Below the pieces are notes generated by a model that was given only the letters and a program-made list of their open reading frames with translations, was not told the DNA's origin and did no database searches. Position numbers and translations under genes: made by a program. A stretch of DNA of 64,000 bases from Eledone cirrhosa (lineage: Eukaryota), in the NCBI GenBank assembly GCA_964016885.1, contig OZ024741.1, forward strand, positions 144,708,001 through 144,772,000. The letters run 5' to 3'. Positions 13,901 through 29,989 of the stretch are shown piece after piece. Numbering within the stretch: the stretch's first letter is position 1; every line of letters starts with the position of its first letter.

Positions 13901-16900
13901 AGGTGATTATTTAATCATTTTTTAATTTATTTAGAAAATTGTTTAATAACCGTTTGTTTCGCTACTTTTATATTGTTCTGGTATCTCGAATTAGTGCCAT
14001 TGAACCACATGTATTATAAACAACTTGAATATTTCTACAAGTACATTGTACCTGTTGAGGTATCCATCCACTTCTATAATTTATTCTCCTTACGTAGAGA
14101 ACAAAACGTTGAATAATGCCGCTAATTTTAGTGGCAATTCGACATGTTTATAATATCCAGCTTTTATCAGCGACCTGATTTGCGTGTGTGTCACTTTAAC
14201 GGCTTGACCGCATGCGTTGGGCAGGGAGCATAATATTTACTTGCTATACCTTATAGCGTGGAAATAGGGCTGTCTGAAGATTCATTTCTTTCCATTGGAA
14301 ATTCGTTGGATTTCCAATCTTTCGGAATGATGAAACCGTCGGTAACAGCATCTGAACAGGTGATTATTTAATCATTTTTTTATTTATTTAGAAAATTGTT
14401 TAATAACCGTTTGTTTCGCTACTTTTATATTGTTCTGGTATCTCGAATTAGTGCCATTGAACCACATGTATTATAAACAACTTGAATATTTCTACAAGTA
14501 CATTGTACCTGTTGAGGTATCCATCCACTTCTATAATTTATTCTCCTTACGTAGAGAACAAAACGTTGAATAATGCCGCTAATTTTAGTGGCAATTCGAC
14601 ATGTTTATAATATCCAGCTTTTATCAGCGACCTGATTTGCGTGTGTGTCACTTTAACGGCTTGACCGCATGCGTTGGGCAGGGAGCATAATATTTACTTG
14701 CTATACCTTATAGCGTGGAAATAGGGCTGTCTGAAGATTCATTTCTTTCCATTGGAAATTCGTTGGATTTCCAATCTTTCGGAATGATGAAACCGTCGGT
14801 AACAGCATCTGAACAGGTGATTATTTAATCATTTTTTAATTTATTTAGAAAATTGTTTAATAACCGTTTGTTTCGCTACTTTTATATTGTTCTGGTATCT
14901 CGAATTAGTGCCATTGAACCACATGTATTATAAACAACTTGAATATTTCTACAAGTACATTGTACCTGTTGAGGTATCCATCCACTTCTATAATTTATTC
15001 TCCTTACGTAGAGAATAAAACGTTGAATAATGCCGCTAATTTTAGTGGCAATTCGACATGTTTATAATATCCAGCTTTTATCAGCGACCTGATTTGCGTG
15101 TGTGTCACTTTAACGGCTTGACCGCATGCGTTGGGCAGGGAGCATAATATTTACTTGCTATACCTTATAGCGTGGAAATAGGGCTGTCTGAAGATTCATT
15201 TCTTTCCATTGGAAATTCGTTGGATTTCCAATCTTTCGGAATGATGAAACCGTCGGTAACAGCATCTGAACAGGTGATTATTTAATCATTTTTTAATTTA
15301 TTTAGAAAATTGTTTAATAACCGTTTGTTTCGCTACTTTTATATTGTTCTGGTATCTCGAATTAGTGCCATTGAACCACATGTATTATAAACAACTTGAA
15401 TATTTCTACAAGTACATTGTACCTGTTGAGGTATCCATCCACTTCTATAATTTATTCTCCTTACGTAGAGAACAAAACGTTGAATAATGCCGCTAATTTT
15501 AGTGGCAATTCGACATGTTTATAATATCCAGCTTTTATCAGCGACCTGATTTGCGTGTGTGTCACTTTAACGGCTTGACCGCATGCGTTGGGCAGGGAGC
15601 ATAATATTTACTTGCTATACCTTATAGCGTGGAAATAGGGCTGTCTGAAGATTCATTTCTTTCCATTGGAAATTCGTTGGATTTCCAATCTTTCGGAATG
15701 ATGAAACCGTCGGTAACAGCATCTGAACAGGTGATTATTTAATCATTTTTTAATTTATTTAGAAAATTGTTTAATAACCGTTTGTTTCGCTACTTTTATA
15801 TTGTTCTGGTATCTCGAATTAGTGCCATTGAACCACATGTATTATAAACAACTTGAATATTTCTACAAGTACATTGTACCTGTTGAGGTATCCATCCACT
15901 TCTATAATTTATTCTCCTTACGTAGAGAACAAAACGTTGAATAATGCCGCTAATTTTAGTGGCAATTCGACATGTTTATAATATCCAGCTTTTATCAGCG
16001 ACCTGATTTGCGTGTGTGTCACTTTAACGGCTTGACCGCATGCGTTGGGCAGGGAGCATAATATTTACTTGCTATACCTTATAGCGTGGAAATAGGGCTG
16101 TCTGAAGATTCATTTCTTTCCATTGGAAATTCGTTGGATTTCCAATCTTTCGGAATGATGAAACCGTCGGTAACAGCATCTGAACAGGTGATTATTTAAT
16201 CATTTTTTAATTTATTTAGAAAATTGTTTAATAACCGTTTGTTTCGCTACTTTTATATTGTTCTGGTATCTCGAATTAGTGCCATTGAACCACATGTATT
16301 ATAAACAACTTGAATATTTCTACAAGTACATTGTACCTGTTGAGGTATCCATCCACTTCTATAATTTATTCTCCTTACGTAGAGAATAAAACGTTGAATA
16401 ATGCCGCTAATTTTAGTGGCAATTCGACATGTTTATAATATCCAGCTTTTATCAGCGACCTGATTTGCGTGTGTGTCACTTTAACGGCTTGACCGCATGC
16501 GTTGGGCAGGGAGCATAATATTTACTTGCTATACCTTATAGCGTGGAAATAGGGCTGTCTGAAGATTCATTTCTTTCCATTGGAAATTCGTTGGATTTCC
16601 AATCTTTCGGAATGATGAAACCGTCGGTAACAGCATCTGAACAGGTGATTATTTAATCATTTTTTAATTTATTTAGAAAATTGTTTAATAACCGTTTGTT
16701 TCGCTACTTTTATATTGTTCTGGTATCTCGAATTAGTGCCATTGAACCACATGTATTATAAACAACTTGAATATTTCTACAAGTACATTGTACCTGTTGA
16801 GGTATCCATCCACTTCTATAATTTATTCTCCTTACGTAGAGAACAAAACGTTGAATAATGCCGCTAATTTTAGTGGCAATTCGACATGTTTATAATATCC

Positions 16901-19900
16901 AGCTTTTATCAGCGACCTGATTTGCGTGTGTGTCACTTTAACGGCTTGACCGCATGCGTTGGGCAGGGAGCATAATATTTACTTGCTATACCTTATAGCG
17001 TGGAAATAGGGCTGTCTGAAGATTCATTTCTTTCCATTGGAAATTCGTTGGATTTCCAATCTTTCGGAATGATGAAACCGTCGGTAACAGCATCTGAACA
17101 GGTGATTATTTAATCATTTTTTAATTTATTTAGAAAATTGTTTAATAACCGTTTGTTTCGCTACTTTTATATTGTTCTGGTATCTCGAATTAGTGCCATT
17201 GAACCACATGTATTATAAACAACTTGAATATTTCTACAAGTACATTGTACCTGTTGAGGTATCCATCCACTTCTATAATTTATTCTCCTTACGTAGAGAA
17301 CAAAACGTTGAATAATGCCGCTAATTTTAGTGGCAATTCGACATGTTTATAATATCCAGCTTTTATCAGCGACCTGATTTGCGTGTGTGTCACTTTAACG
17401 GCTTGACCGCATGCGTTGGGCAGGGAGCATAATATTTACTTGCTATACCTTATAGCGTGGAAATAGGGCTGTCTGAAGATTCATTTCTTTCCATTGGAAA
17501 TTCGTTGGATTTCCAATCTTTCGGAATGATGAAACCGTCGGTAACAGCATCTGAACAGGTGATTATTTAATCATTTTTTAATTTATTTAGAAAATTGTTT
17601 AATAACCGTTTGTTTCGCTACTTTTATATTGTTCTGGTATCTCGAATTAGTGCCATTGAACCACATGTATTATAAACAACTTGAATATTTCTACAAGTAC
17701 ATTGTACCTGTTGAGGTATCCATCCACTTCTATAATTTATTCTCCTTACGTAGAGAACAAAACGTTGAATAATGCCGCTAATTTTAGTGGCAATTCGACA
17801 TGTTTATAATATCCAGCTTTTATCAGCGACCTGATTTGCGTGTGTGTCACTTTAACGGCTTGACCGCATGCGTTGGGCAGGGAGCATAATATTTACTTGC
17901 TATACCTTATAGCGTGGAAATAGGGCTGTCTGAAGATTCATTTCTTTCCATTGGAAATTCGTTGGATTTCCAATCTTTCGGAATGATGAAACCGTCGGTA
18001 ACAGCATCTGAACAGGTGATTATTTAATCATTTTTTAATTTATTTAGAAAATTGTTTAATAACCGTTTGTTTCGCTACTTTTATATTGTTCTGGTATCTC
18101 GAATTAGTGCCATTGAACCACATGTATTATAAACAACTTGAATATTTCTACAAGTACATTGTACCTGTTGAGGTATCCATCCACTTCTATAATTTATTCT
18201 CCTTACGTAGAGAACAAAACGTTGAATAATGCCGCTAATTTTAGTGGCAATTCGACATGTTTATAATATCCAGCTTTTATCAGCGACCTGATTTGCGTGT
18301 GTGTCACTTTAACGGCTTGACCGCATGCGTTGGGCAGGGAGCATAATATTTACTTGCTATACCTTATAGCGTGGAAATAGGGCTGTCTGAAGATTCATTT
18401 CTTTCCATTGGAAATTCGTTGGATTTCCAATCTTTCGGAATGATGAAACCGTCGGTAACAGCATCTGAACAGGTGATTATTTAATCATTTTTTAATTTAT
18501 TTAGAAAATTGTTTAATAACCGTTTGTTTCGCTACTTTTATATTGTTCTGGTATCTCGAATTAGTGCCATTGAACCACATGTATTATAAACAACTTGAAT
18601 ATTTCTACAAGTACATTGTACCTGTTGAGGTATCCATCCACTTCTATAATTTATTCTCCTTACGTAGAGAATAAAACGTTGAATAATGCCGCTAATTTTA
18701 GTGGCAATTCGACATGTTTATAATATCCAGCTTTTATCAGCGACCTGATTTGCGTGTGTGTCACTTTAACGGCTTGACCGCATGCGTTGGGCAGGGAGCA
18801 TAATATTTACTTGCTATACCTTATAGCGTGGAAATAGGGCTGTCTGAAGATTCATTTCTTTCCATTGGAAATTCGTTGGATTTCCAATCTTTCGGAATGA
18901 TGAAACCGTCGGTAACAGCATCTGAACAGGTGATTATTTAATCATTTTTTAATTTATTTAGAAAATTGTTTAATAACCGTTTGTTTCGCTACTTTTATAT
19001 TGTTCTGGTATCTCGAATTAGTGCCATTGAACCACATGTATTATAAACAACTTGAATATTTCTACAAGTACATTGTACCTGTTGAGGTATCCATCCACTT
19101 CTATAATTTATTCTCCTTACGTAGAGAACAAAACGTTGAATAATGCCGCTAATTTTAGTGGCAATTCGACATGTTTATAATATCCAGCTTTTATCAGCGA
19201 CCTGATTTGCGTGTGTGTCACTTTAACGGCTTGACCGCATGCGTTGGGCAGGGAGCATAATATTTACTTGCTATACCTTATAGCGTGGAAATAGGGCTGT
19301 CTGAAGATTCATTTCTTTCCATTGGAAATTCGTTGGATTTCCAATCTTTCGGAATGATGAAACCGTCGGTAACAGCATCTGAACAGGTGATTATTTAATC
19401 ATTTTTTAATTTATTTAGAAAATTGTTTAATAACCGTTTGTTTCGCTACTTTTATATTGTTCTGGTATCTCGAATTAGTGCCATTGAACCACATGTATTA
19501 TAAACAACTTGAATATTTCTACAAGTACATTGTACCTGTTGAGGTATCCATCCACTTCTATAATTTATTCTCCTTACGTAGAGAACAAAACGTTGAATAA
19601 TGCCGCTAATTTTAGTGGCAATTCGACATGTTTATAATATCCAGCTTTTATCAGCGACCTGATTTGCGTGTGTGTCACTTTAACGGCTTGACCGCATGCG
19701 TTGGGCAGGGAGCATAATATTTACTTGCTATACCTTATAGCGTGGAAATAGGGCTGTCTGAAGATTCATTTCTTTCCATTGGAAATTCGTTGGATTTCCA
19801 ATCTTTCGGAATGATGAAACCGTCGGTAACAGCATCTGAACAGGTGATTATTTAATCATTTTTTAATTTATTTAGAAAATTGTTTAATAACCGTTTGTTT

Positions 19901-22900
19901 CGCTACTTTTATATTGTTCTGGTATCTCGAATTAGTGCCATTGAACCACATGTATTATAAACAACTTGAATATTTCTACAAGTACATTGTACCTGTTGAG
20001 GTATCCATCCACTTCTATAATTTATTCTCCTTACGTAGAGAACAAAACGTTGAATAATGCCGCTAATTTTAGTGGCAATTCGACATGTTTATAATATCCA
20101 GCTTTTATCAGCGACCTGATTTGCGTGTGTGTCACTTTAACGGCTTGACCGCATGCGTTGGGCAGGGAGCATAATATTTACTTGCTATACCTTATAGCGT
20201 GGAAATAGGGCTGTCTGAAGATTCATTTCTTTCCATTGGAAATTCGTTGGATTTCCAATCTTTCGGAATGATGAAACCGTCGGTAACAGCATCTGAACAG
20301 GTGATTATTTAATCATTTTTTAATTTATTTAGAAAATTGTTTAATAACCGTTTGTTTCGCTACTTTTATATTGTTCTGGTATCTCGAATTAGTGCCATTG
20401 AACCACATGTATTATAAACAACTTGAATATTTCTACAAGTACATTGTACCTGTTGAGGTATCCATCCACTTCTATAATTTATTCTCCTTACGTAGAGAAC
20501 AAAACGTTGAATAATGCCGCTAATTTTAGTGGCAATTCGACATGTTTATAATATCCAGCTTTTATCAGCGACCTGATTTGCGTGTGTGTCACTTTAACGG
20601 CTTGACCGCATGCGTTGGGCAGGGAGCATAATATTTACTTGCTATACCTTATAGCGTGGAAATAGGGCTGTCTGAAGATTCATTTCTTTCCATTGGAAAT
20701 TCGTTGGATTTCCAATCTTTCGGAATGATGAAACCGTCGGTAACAGCATCTGAACAGGTGATTATTTAATCATTTTTTAATTTATTTAGAAAATTGTTTA
20801 ATAACCGTTTGTTTCGCTACTTTTATATTGTTCTGGTATCTCGAATTAGTGCCATTGAACCACATGTATTATAAACAACTTGAATATTTCTACAAGTACA
20901 TTGTACCTGTTGAGGTATCCATCCACTTCTATAATTTATTCTCCTTACGTAGAGAACAAAACGTTGAATAATGCCGCTAATTTTAGTGGCAATTCGACAT
21001 GTTTATAATATCCAGCTTTTATCAGCGACCTGATTTGCGTGTGTGTCACTTTAACGGCTTGACCGCATGCGTTGGGCAGGGAGCATAATATTTACTTGCT
21101 ATACCTTATAGCGTGGAAATAGGGCTGTCTGAAGATTCATTTCTTTCCATTGGAAATTCGTTGGATTTCCAATCTTTCGGAATGATGAAACCGTCGGTAA
21201 CAGCATCTGAACAGGTGATTATTTAATCATTTTTTAATTTATTTAGAAAATTGTTTAATAACCGTTTGTTTCGCTACTTTTATATTGTTCTGGTATCTCG
21301 AATTAGTGCCATTGAACCACATGTATTATAAACAACTTGAATATTTCTACAAGTACATTGTACCTGTTGAGGTATCCATCCACTTCTATAATTTATTCTC
21401 CTTACGTAGAGAACAAAACGTTGAATAATGCCGCTAATTTTAGTGGCAATACGACATGTTTATAATATCCAGCTTTTATCAGCGACCTGATTTGCGTGTG
21501 TGTCACTTTAACGGCTTGACCGCATGCGTTGGGCAGGGAGCATAATATTTACTTGCTATACCTTATAGCGTGGAAATAGGGCTGTCTGAAGATTCATTTC
21601 TTTCCATTGGAAATTCGTTGGATTTCCAATCTTTCGGAATGATGAAACCGTCGGTAACAGCATCTGAACAGGTGATTATTTAATCATTTTTTAATTTATT
21701 TAGAAAATTGTTTAATAACCGTTTGTTTCGCTACTTTTATATTGTTCTGGTATCTCGAATTAGTGCCATTGAACCACATGTATTATAAACAACTTGAATA
21801 TTTCTACAAGTACATTGTACCTGTTGAGGTATCCATCCACTTCTATAATTTATTCTCCTTACGTAGAGAATAAAACGTTGAATAATGCCGCTAATTTTAG
21901 TGGCAATTCGACATGTTTATAATATCCAGCTTTTATCAGCGACCTGATTTGCGTGTGTGTCACTTTAACGGCTTGACCGCATGCGTTGGGCAGGGAGCAT
22001 AATATTTACTTGCTATACCTTATAGCGTGGAAATAGGGCTGTCTGAAGATTCATTTCTTTCCATTGGAAATTCGTTGGATTTCCAATCTTTCGGAATGAT
22101 GAAACCGTCGGTAACAGCATCTGAACAGGTGATTATTTAATCATTTTTTAATTTATTTAGAAAATTGTTTAATAACCGTTTGTTTCGCTACTTTTATATT
22201 GTTCTGGTATCTCGAATTAGTGCCATTGAACCACATGTATTATAAACAACTTGAATATTTCTACAAGTACATTGTACCTGTTGAGGTATCCATCCACTTC
22301 TATAATTTATTCTCCTTACGTAGAGAATAAAACGTTGAATAATGCCGCTAATTTTAGTGGCAATTCGACATGTTTATAATATCCAGCTTTTATCAGCGAC
22401 CTGATTTGCGTGTGTGTCACTTTAACGGCTTGACCGCATGCGTTGGGCAGGGAGCATAATATTTACTTGCTATACCTTATAGCGTGGAAATAGGGCTGTC
22501 TGAAGATTCATTTCTTTCCATTGGAAATTCGTTGGATTTCCAATCTTTCGGAATGATGAAACCGTCGGTAACAGCATCTGAACAGGTGATTATTTAATCA
22601 TTTTTTAATTTATTTAGAAAATTGTTTAATAACCGTTTGTTTCGCTACTTTTATATTGTTCTGGTATCTCGAATTAGTGCCATTGAACCACATGTATTAT
22701 AAACAACTTGAATATTTCTACAAGTACATTGTACCTGTTGAGGTATCCATCCACTTCTATAATTTATTCTCCTTACGTAGAGAATAAAACGTTGAATAAT
22801 GCCGCTAATTTTAGTGGCAATTCGACATGTTTATAATATCCAGCTTTTATCAGCGACCTGATTTGCGTGTGTGTCACTTTAACGGCTTGACCGCATGCGT

Positions 22901-25900
22901 TGGGCAGGGAGCATAATATTTACTTGCTATACCTTATAGCGTGGAAATAGGGCTGTCTGAAGATTCATTTCTTTCCATTGGAAATTCGTTGGATTTCCAA
23001 TCTTTCGGAATGATGAAACCGTCGGTAACAGCATCTGAACAGGTGATTATTTAATCATTTTTTAATTTATTTAGAAAATTGTTTAATAACCGTTTGTTTC
23101 GCTACTTTTATATTGTTCTGGTATCTCGAATTAGTGCCATTGAACCACATGTATTATAAACAACTTGAATATTTCTACAAGTACATTGTACCTGTTGAGG
23201 TATCCATCCACTTCTATAATTTATTCTCCTTACGTAGAGAACAAAACGTTGAATAATGCCGCTAATTTTAGTGGCAATTCGACATGTTTATAATATCCAG
23301 CTTTTATCAGCGACCTGATTTGCGTGTGTGTCACTTTAACGGCTTGACCGCATGCGTTGGGCAGGGAGCATAATATTTACTTGCTATACCTTATAGCGTG
23401 GAAATAGGGCTGTCTGAAGATTCATTTCTTTCCATTGGAAATTCGTTGGATTTCCAATCTTTCGGAATGATGAAACCGTCGGTAACAGCATCTGAACAGG
23501 TGATTATTTAATCATTTTTTAATTTATTTAGAAAATTGTTTAATAACCGTTTGTTTCGCTACTTTTATATTGTTCTGGTATCTCGAATTAGTGCCATTGA
23601 ACCACATGTATTATAAACAACTTGAATATTTCTACAAGTACATTGTACCTGTTGAGGTATCCATCCACTTCTATAATTTATTCTCCTTACGTAGAGAACA
23701 AAACGTTGAATAATGCCGCTAATTTTAGTGGCAATTCGACATGTTTATAATATCCAGCTTTTATCAGCGACCTGATTTGCGTGTGTGTCACTTTAACGGC
23801 TTGACCGCATGCGTTGGGCAGGGAGCATAATATTTACTTGCTATACCTTATAGCGTGGAAATAGGGCTGTCTGAAGATTCATTTCTTTCCATTGGAAATT
23901 CGTTGGATTTCCAATCTTTCGGAATGATGAAACCGTCGGTAACAGCATCTGAACAGGTGATTATTTAATCATTTTTTAATTTATTTAGAAAATTGTTTAA
24001 TAACCGTTTGTTTCGCTACTTTTATATTGTTCTGGTATCTCGAATTAGTGCCATTGAACCACATGTATTATAAACAACTTGAATATTTCTACAAGTACAT
24101 TGTACCTGTTGAGGTATCCATCCACTTCTATAATTTATTCTCCTTACGTAGAGAACAAAACGTTGAATAATGCCGCTAATTTTAGTGGCAATACGACATG
24201 TTTATAATATCCAGCTTTTATCAGCGACCTGATTTGCGTGTGTGTCACTTTAACGGCTTGACCGCATGCGTTGGGCAGGGAGCATAATATTTACTTGCTA
24301 TACCTTATAGCGTGGAAATAGGGCTGTCTGAAGATTCATTTCTTTCCATTGGAAATTCGTTGGATTTCCAATCTTTCGGAATGATGAAACCGTCGGTAAC
24401 AGCATCTGAACAGGTGATTATTTAATCATTTTTTAATTTATTTAGAAAATTGTTTAATAACCGTTTGTTTCGCTACTTTTATATTGTTCTGGTATCTCGA
24501 ATTAGTGCCATTGAACCACATGTATTATAAACAACTTGAATATTTCTACAAGTACATTGTACCTGTTGAGGTATCCATCCACTTCTATAATTTATTCTCC
24601 TTACGTAGAGAATAAAACGTTGAATAATGCCGCTAATTTTAGTGGCAATTCGACATGTTTATAATATCCAGCTTTTATCAGCGACCTGATTTGCGTGTGT
24701 GTCACTTTAACGGCTTGACCGCATGCGTTGGGCAGGGAGCATAATATTTACTTGCTATACCTTATAGCGTGGAAATAGGGCTGTCTGAAGATTCATTTCT
24801 TTCCATTGGAAATTCGTTGGATTTCCAATCTTTCGGAATGATGAAACCGTCGGTAACAGCATCTGAACAGGTGATTATTTAATCATTTTTTAATTTATTT
24901 AGAAAATTGTTTAATAACCGTTTGTTTCGCTACTTTTATATTGTTCTGGTATCTCGAATTAGTGCCATTGAACCACATGTATTATAAACAACTTGAATAT
25001 TTCTACAAGTACATTGTACCTGTTGAGGTATCCATCCACTTCTATAATTTATTCTCCTTACGTAGAGAATAAAACGTTGAATAATGCCGCTAATTTTAGT
25101 GGCAATTCGACATGTTTATAATATCCAGCTTTTATCAGCGACCTGATTTGCGTGTGTGTCACTTTAACGGCTTGACCGCATGCGTTGGGCAGGGAGCATA
25201 ATATTTACTTGCTATACCTTATAGCGTGGAAATAGGGCTGTCTGAAGATTCATTTCTTTCCATTGGAAATTCGTTGGATTTCCAATCTTTCGGAATGATG
25301 AAACCGTCGGTAACAGCATCTGAACAGGTGATTATTTAATCATTTTTTAATTTATTTAGAAAATTGTTTAATAACCGTTTGTTTCGCTACTTTTATATTG
25401 TTCTGGTATCTCGAATTAGTGCCATTGAACCACATGTATTATAAACAACTTGAATATTTCTACAAGTACATTGTACCTGTTGAGGTATCCATCCACTTCT
25501 ATAATTTATTCTCCTTACGTAGAGAATAAAACGTTGAATAATGCCGCTAATTTTAGTGGCAATTCGACATGTTTATAATATCCAGCTTTTATCAGCGACC
25601 TGATTTGCGTGTGTGTCACTTTAACGGCTTGACCGCATGCGTTGGGCAGGGAGCATAATATTTACTTGCTATACCTTATAGCGTGGAAATAGGGCTGTCT
25701 GAAGATTCATTTCTTTCCATTGGAAATTCGTTGGATTTCCAATCTTTCGGAATGATGAAACCGTCGGTAACAGCATCTGAACAGGTGATTATTTAATCAT
25801 TTTTTAATTTATTTAGAAAATTGTTTAATAACCGTTTGTTTCGCTACTTTTATATTGTTCTGGTATCTCGAATTAGTGCCATTGAACCACATGTATTATA

Positions 25901-26150
25901 AACAACTTGAATATTTCTACAAGTACATTGTACCTGTTGAGGTATCCATCCACTTCTATAATTTATTCTCCTTACGTAGAGAATAAAACGTTGAATAATG
26001 CCGCTAATTTTAGTGGCAATTCGACATGTTTATAATATCCAGCTTTTATCAGCGACCTGATTTGCGTGTGTGTCACTTTAACGGCTTGACCGCATGCGTT
26101 GGGCAGGGAGCATAATATTTACTTGCTATACCTTATAGCGTGGAAATAGG

Positions 26151-26231
26151 GCTGTCTGAAGATTCATTTCTTTCCATTGGAAATTCGTTGGATTTCCAAT
26201 CTTTCGGAATGATGAAACCGTCGGTAACAGC
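26151..26231 (+). ncRNA. Type I hammerhead ribozyme (last of 41 array copies)
   Basis: Identical to 7871-7951, offset 40 x 457. Confidence 0.88.
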
Positions 26232-26258
26232 ATCTGAACAGGTGATTATTTAATCATT

Positions 26259-26984
<726 letters not shown>

Positions 26985-27299
26985 GAGAATAAACGTGCTG
27001 TGGAGTTGCAAATGGGTTACATATGAATAAATTGGTCCTTCATCAGTGATCTTCCAACCACCATCGGTATTTATTCGCTTTAAAGACCATATACCTCCAG
27101 TTGGTGCGAGCAACGGCTAAAGAAAGTCGTTGGGACATGTAAATAAATGGAACAGCGAGAGTGTAAACAAACAAAGATGGTGAAGCAACGAAAAGTGAGG
27201 AAGAGCGAGTTAAGTCCAAAAATTTCTATGAATATAAGTTCGCTGAAATCGTGAACGAGAGAGAATAAAGACCATGCAAGCAGCGGAAAGTGGACGTAA

Positions 27300-27312
27300 A
27301 ATGATGATGATG

Positions 27313-27358
<46 letters not shown>

Positions 27359-27389
27359 ATATATATATGCATATATGTGTGTGTGTGCA

Positions 27390-27422
<33 letters not shown>

Positions 27423-27903
27423 ATATATATATACATATATATATGTATATATATATGTATATATACATATATATATATACATATATATACATATATATAT
27501 ATATATACATATACATATACATATATATACATATACATATACATGTTTATACATATACATACATATACATATATATATACATATATATACATATATATAC
27601 ATATACATATATATACATATATATACACATATACATATGCATATATATATATATATATATACATATATGTGTGTGTGTGTGTATGTGTGTATGTTTCTAT
27701 GTATATATACATATATACATATGTATGTATGCATGTTTGTGTATATATGCACACACACATATATGCATGCATGCACATACACACACACACACATTCTTTA
27801 TCTTTAGTTCAATTACTTAGATTGAATTGCCCAATAGACATTATAGACATCCATCAAATAAGTTCTTTGTTTGTCAACAATGATCTGACACAACTGAATG
27901 ATT

Positions 27904-27963
<60 letters not shown>
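27300..27963. repeat. Compound microsatellite (TA/TACA/TG/CA; (CT)n at 27905-27963)
   Basis: Directly visible. Confidence 0.9.
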
Positions 27964-27970
<7 letters not shown>

Positions 27971-29274
27971 CCCCTCTCCCCCTCCTTCACTCTTTCTTCC
28001 TCTGGTAGGAAGGTAGACGAAAAAAAAAAAGAAATAATACAAATGTAAAAGAAAAGAGATGGCACCAAACCAAGGTGGCATACTGAGCTTCTCAGTTTTT
28101 TTTAAATTTCGTTTGGTTTTGTTAACAGATTTTTTTTAACTCTTTTGGTTTCTTTCAGATTTATTTTCTATGATAAAGAAGAAAAAAAATTGAAAATAAA
28201 AATGACTAAATAATAAATAGAAAATTTTACCAATTTACTTAGAACCTAATATATATATAATAATTGAAAAAAAAATGTGTTATTTGCAGAGAATTTTCTT
28301 GAGCAGAAAGAACTAAAAAGTACGACTCAGAAGGGGTATGGGTCACTCTCTAGCACTGGCTTTGCTGCACCATTATGGGAAAAACGTCCAGAAGAATATC
28401 TGATCTAACCCTTACCCTGCTGAATCCACTTATGTGTAGAGGTTGATCACAACTAGCTTGATAGTATTAAAAAAAAAAATCATTATTTTAGGTTTGCTTT
28501 CCATATTGGCATGAGTTGGATGAGTTGTCACAGTCGAGACCAGAAGAATTGAAGGAATCTCTTGATAATACATTCCATATATGCTATGGTGTCAATGGTT
28601 AGATGCCCTTCCTATTGTCAACTTATTTTATTTATAGGGTGTGCTGAGTGTGTGTGTGTGTTTTTTTTGTAGTGTGTGTTTTTTTTTGTAATACTACCAC
28701 TACCACTTTACTTGGTGTACTGGATGTGTTTTTGTGGCCCTGATACTTTACAGGGTGTATTGGGTACATTTTACTGTGACATCAGCAATAGAGAGGTTAT
28801 CATATGCTAATCCAGATTAAACAGACCTCTTAAATACTATATTTTCTCTATTTGATCGCAAACACTGCAGTCACTGGTCCTTCACTACATTTACTTTGTG
28901 AATATTATATCCCAAACCACTTTAACTAGATCTGAGTGTGGCTTGAGAGACACAGTGCAAATCTGCACATCAGCATATCTGTGTGTCTTTTTAGAAAAAA
29001 ACATTCTGTAAAATCAGAGACTAAAGTCTACTAAACAACAACTACTACTACAACTACCAATACAACTACCACCACAACCACCATTAGAATTGTATATAAC
29101 ATAATGAAATATGGTGAAACACATATACAAGCACGTACACATAGATAAACAAACACAGATATATATATATACAAGCATACACATACATAGGTACAAACAC
29201 ACAAATATATTGTGTGTCTGTGTGTTTAGAGATATAATGTTACCATATACTTGGGCTGCTTGGTGCACTTCTTA

Positions 29275-29337
<63 letters not shown>

Positions 29338-29989
29338 AGAATACACATACAGAAACACACACACACACATATTTATATATATATTCACAAATGAATACAC
29401 ACACATTGACACATACAGGCACACACATATACATAATGTAAACTGTCATTGCGTAAAGGAAATGTTTCTAAAAAAAAATAAAAAAATCGATACTGAAACT
29501 AAGGAGGAATTCTATAAAATTCCTGTAAGTGGACTCTACTAGGTTAGAACACATTGCCAAAAGAAGATGCCAAAACTAACAACAATTCTATTCAAGAATA
29601 CTGGTTACATTTTAAATATATATAAAAGAAGAGATAAAGACATTTCTTTATATATGTATGAACTATTTTTACATTCATTTTTGGATTTTCTATGAATGAG
29701 GTAGTTTTAGTAATTTTGGAAATGTTTATCTTATTGATGCAAGTATTTTCAGATGGAGTGGAATGGAATGGACCTCCGTTGGGTTTGATAATGAGTGTTC
29801 TAGTTGTTCAAGGAACAGCTAGCTAAAGAAATTAATGTGCAAACGGCTGAGCATTTCACAGACATGTGTATTCTTAACAAAATTCATAGAGAGATTCAAC
29901 ATAACTCACTGTGTGACAAGGTTATCCCTTTGAATTACAAATACAGTCCATTTGATGAATTTGTGAGCAGTTTCTGTCTCTCCAATTTC

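Noticed and set aside
27034-27051. Minus-strand CTGATGAAGGACC
   Set aside because: No closing stem II or GAAA downstream
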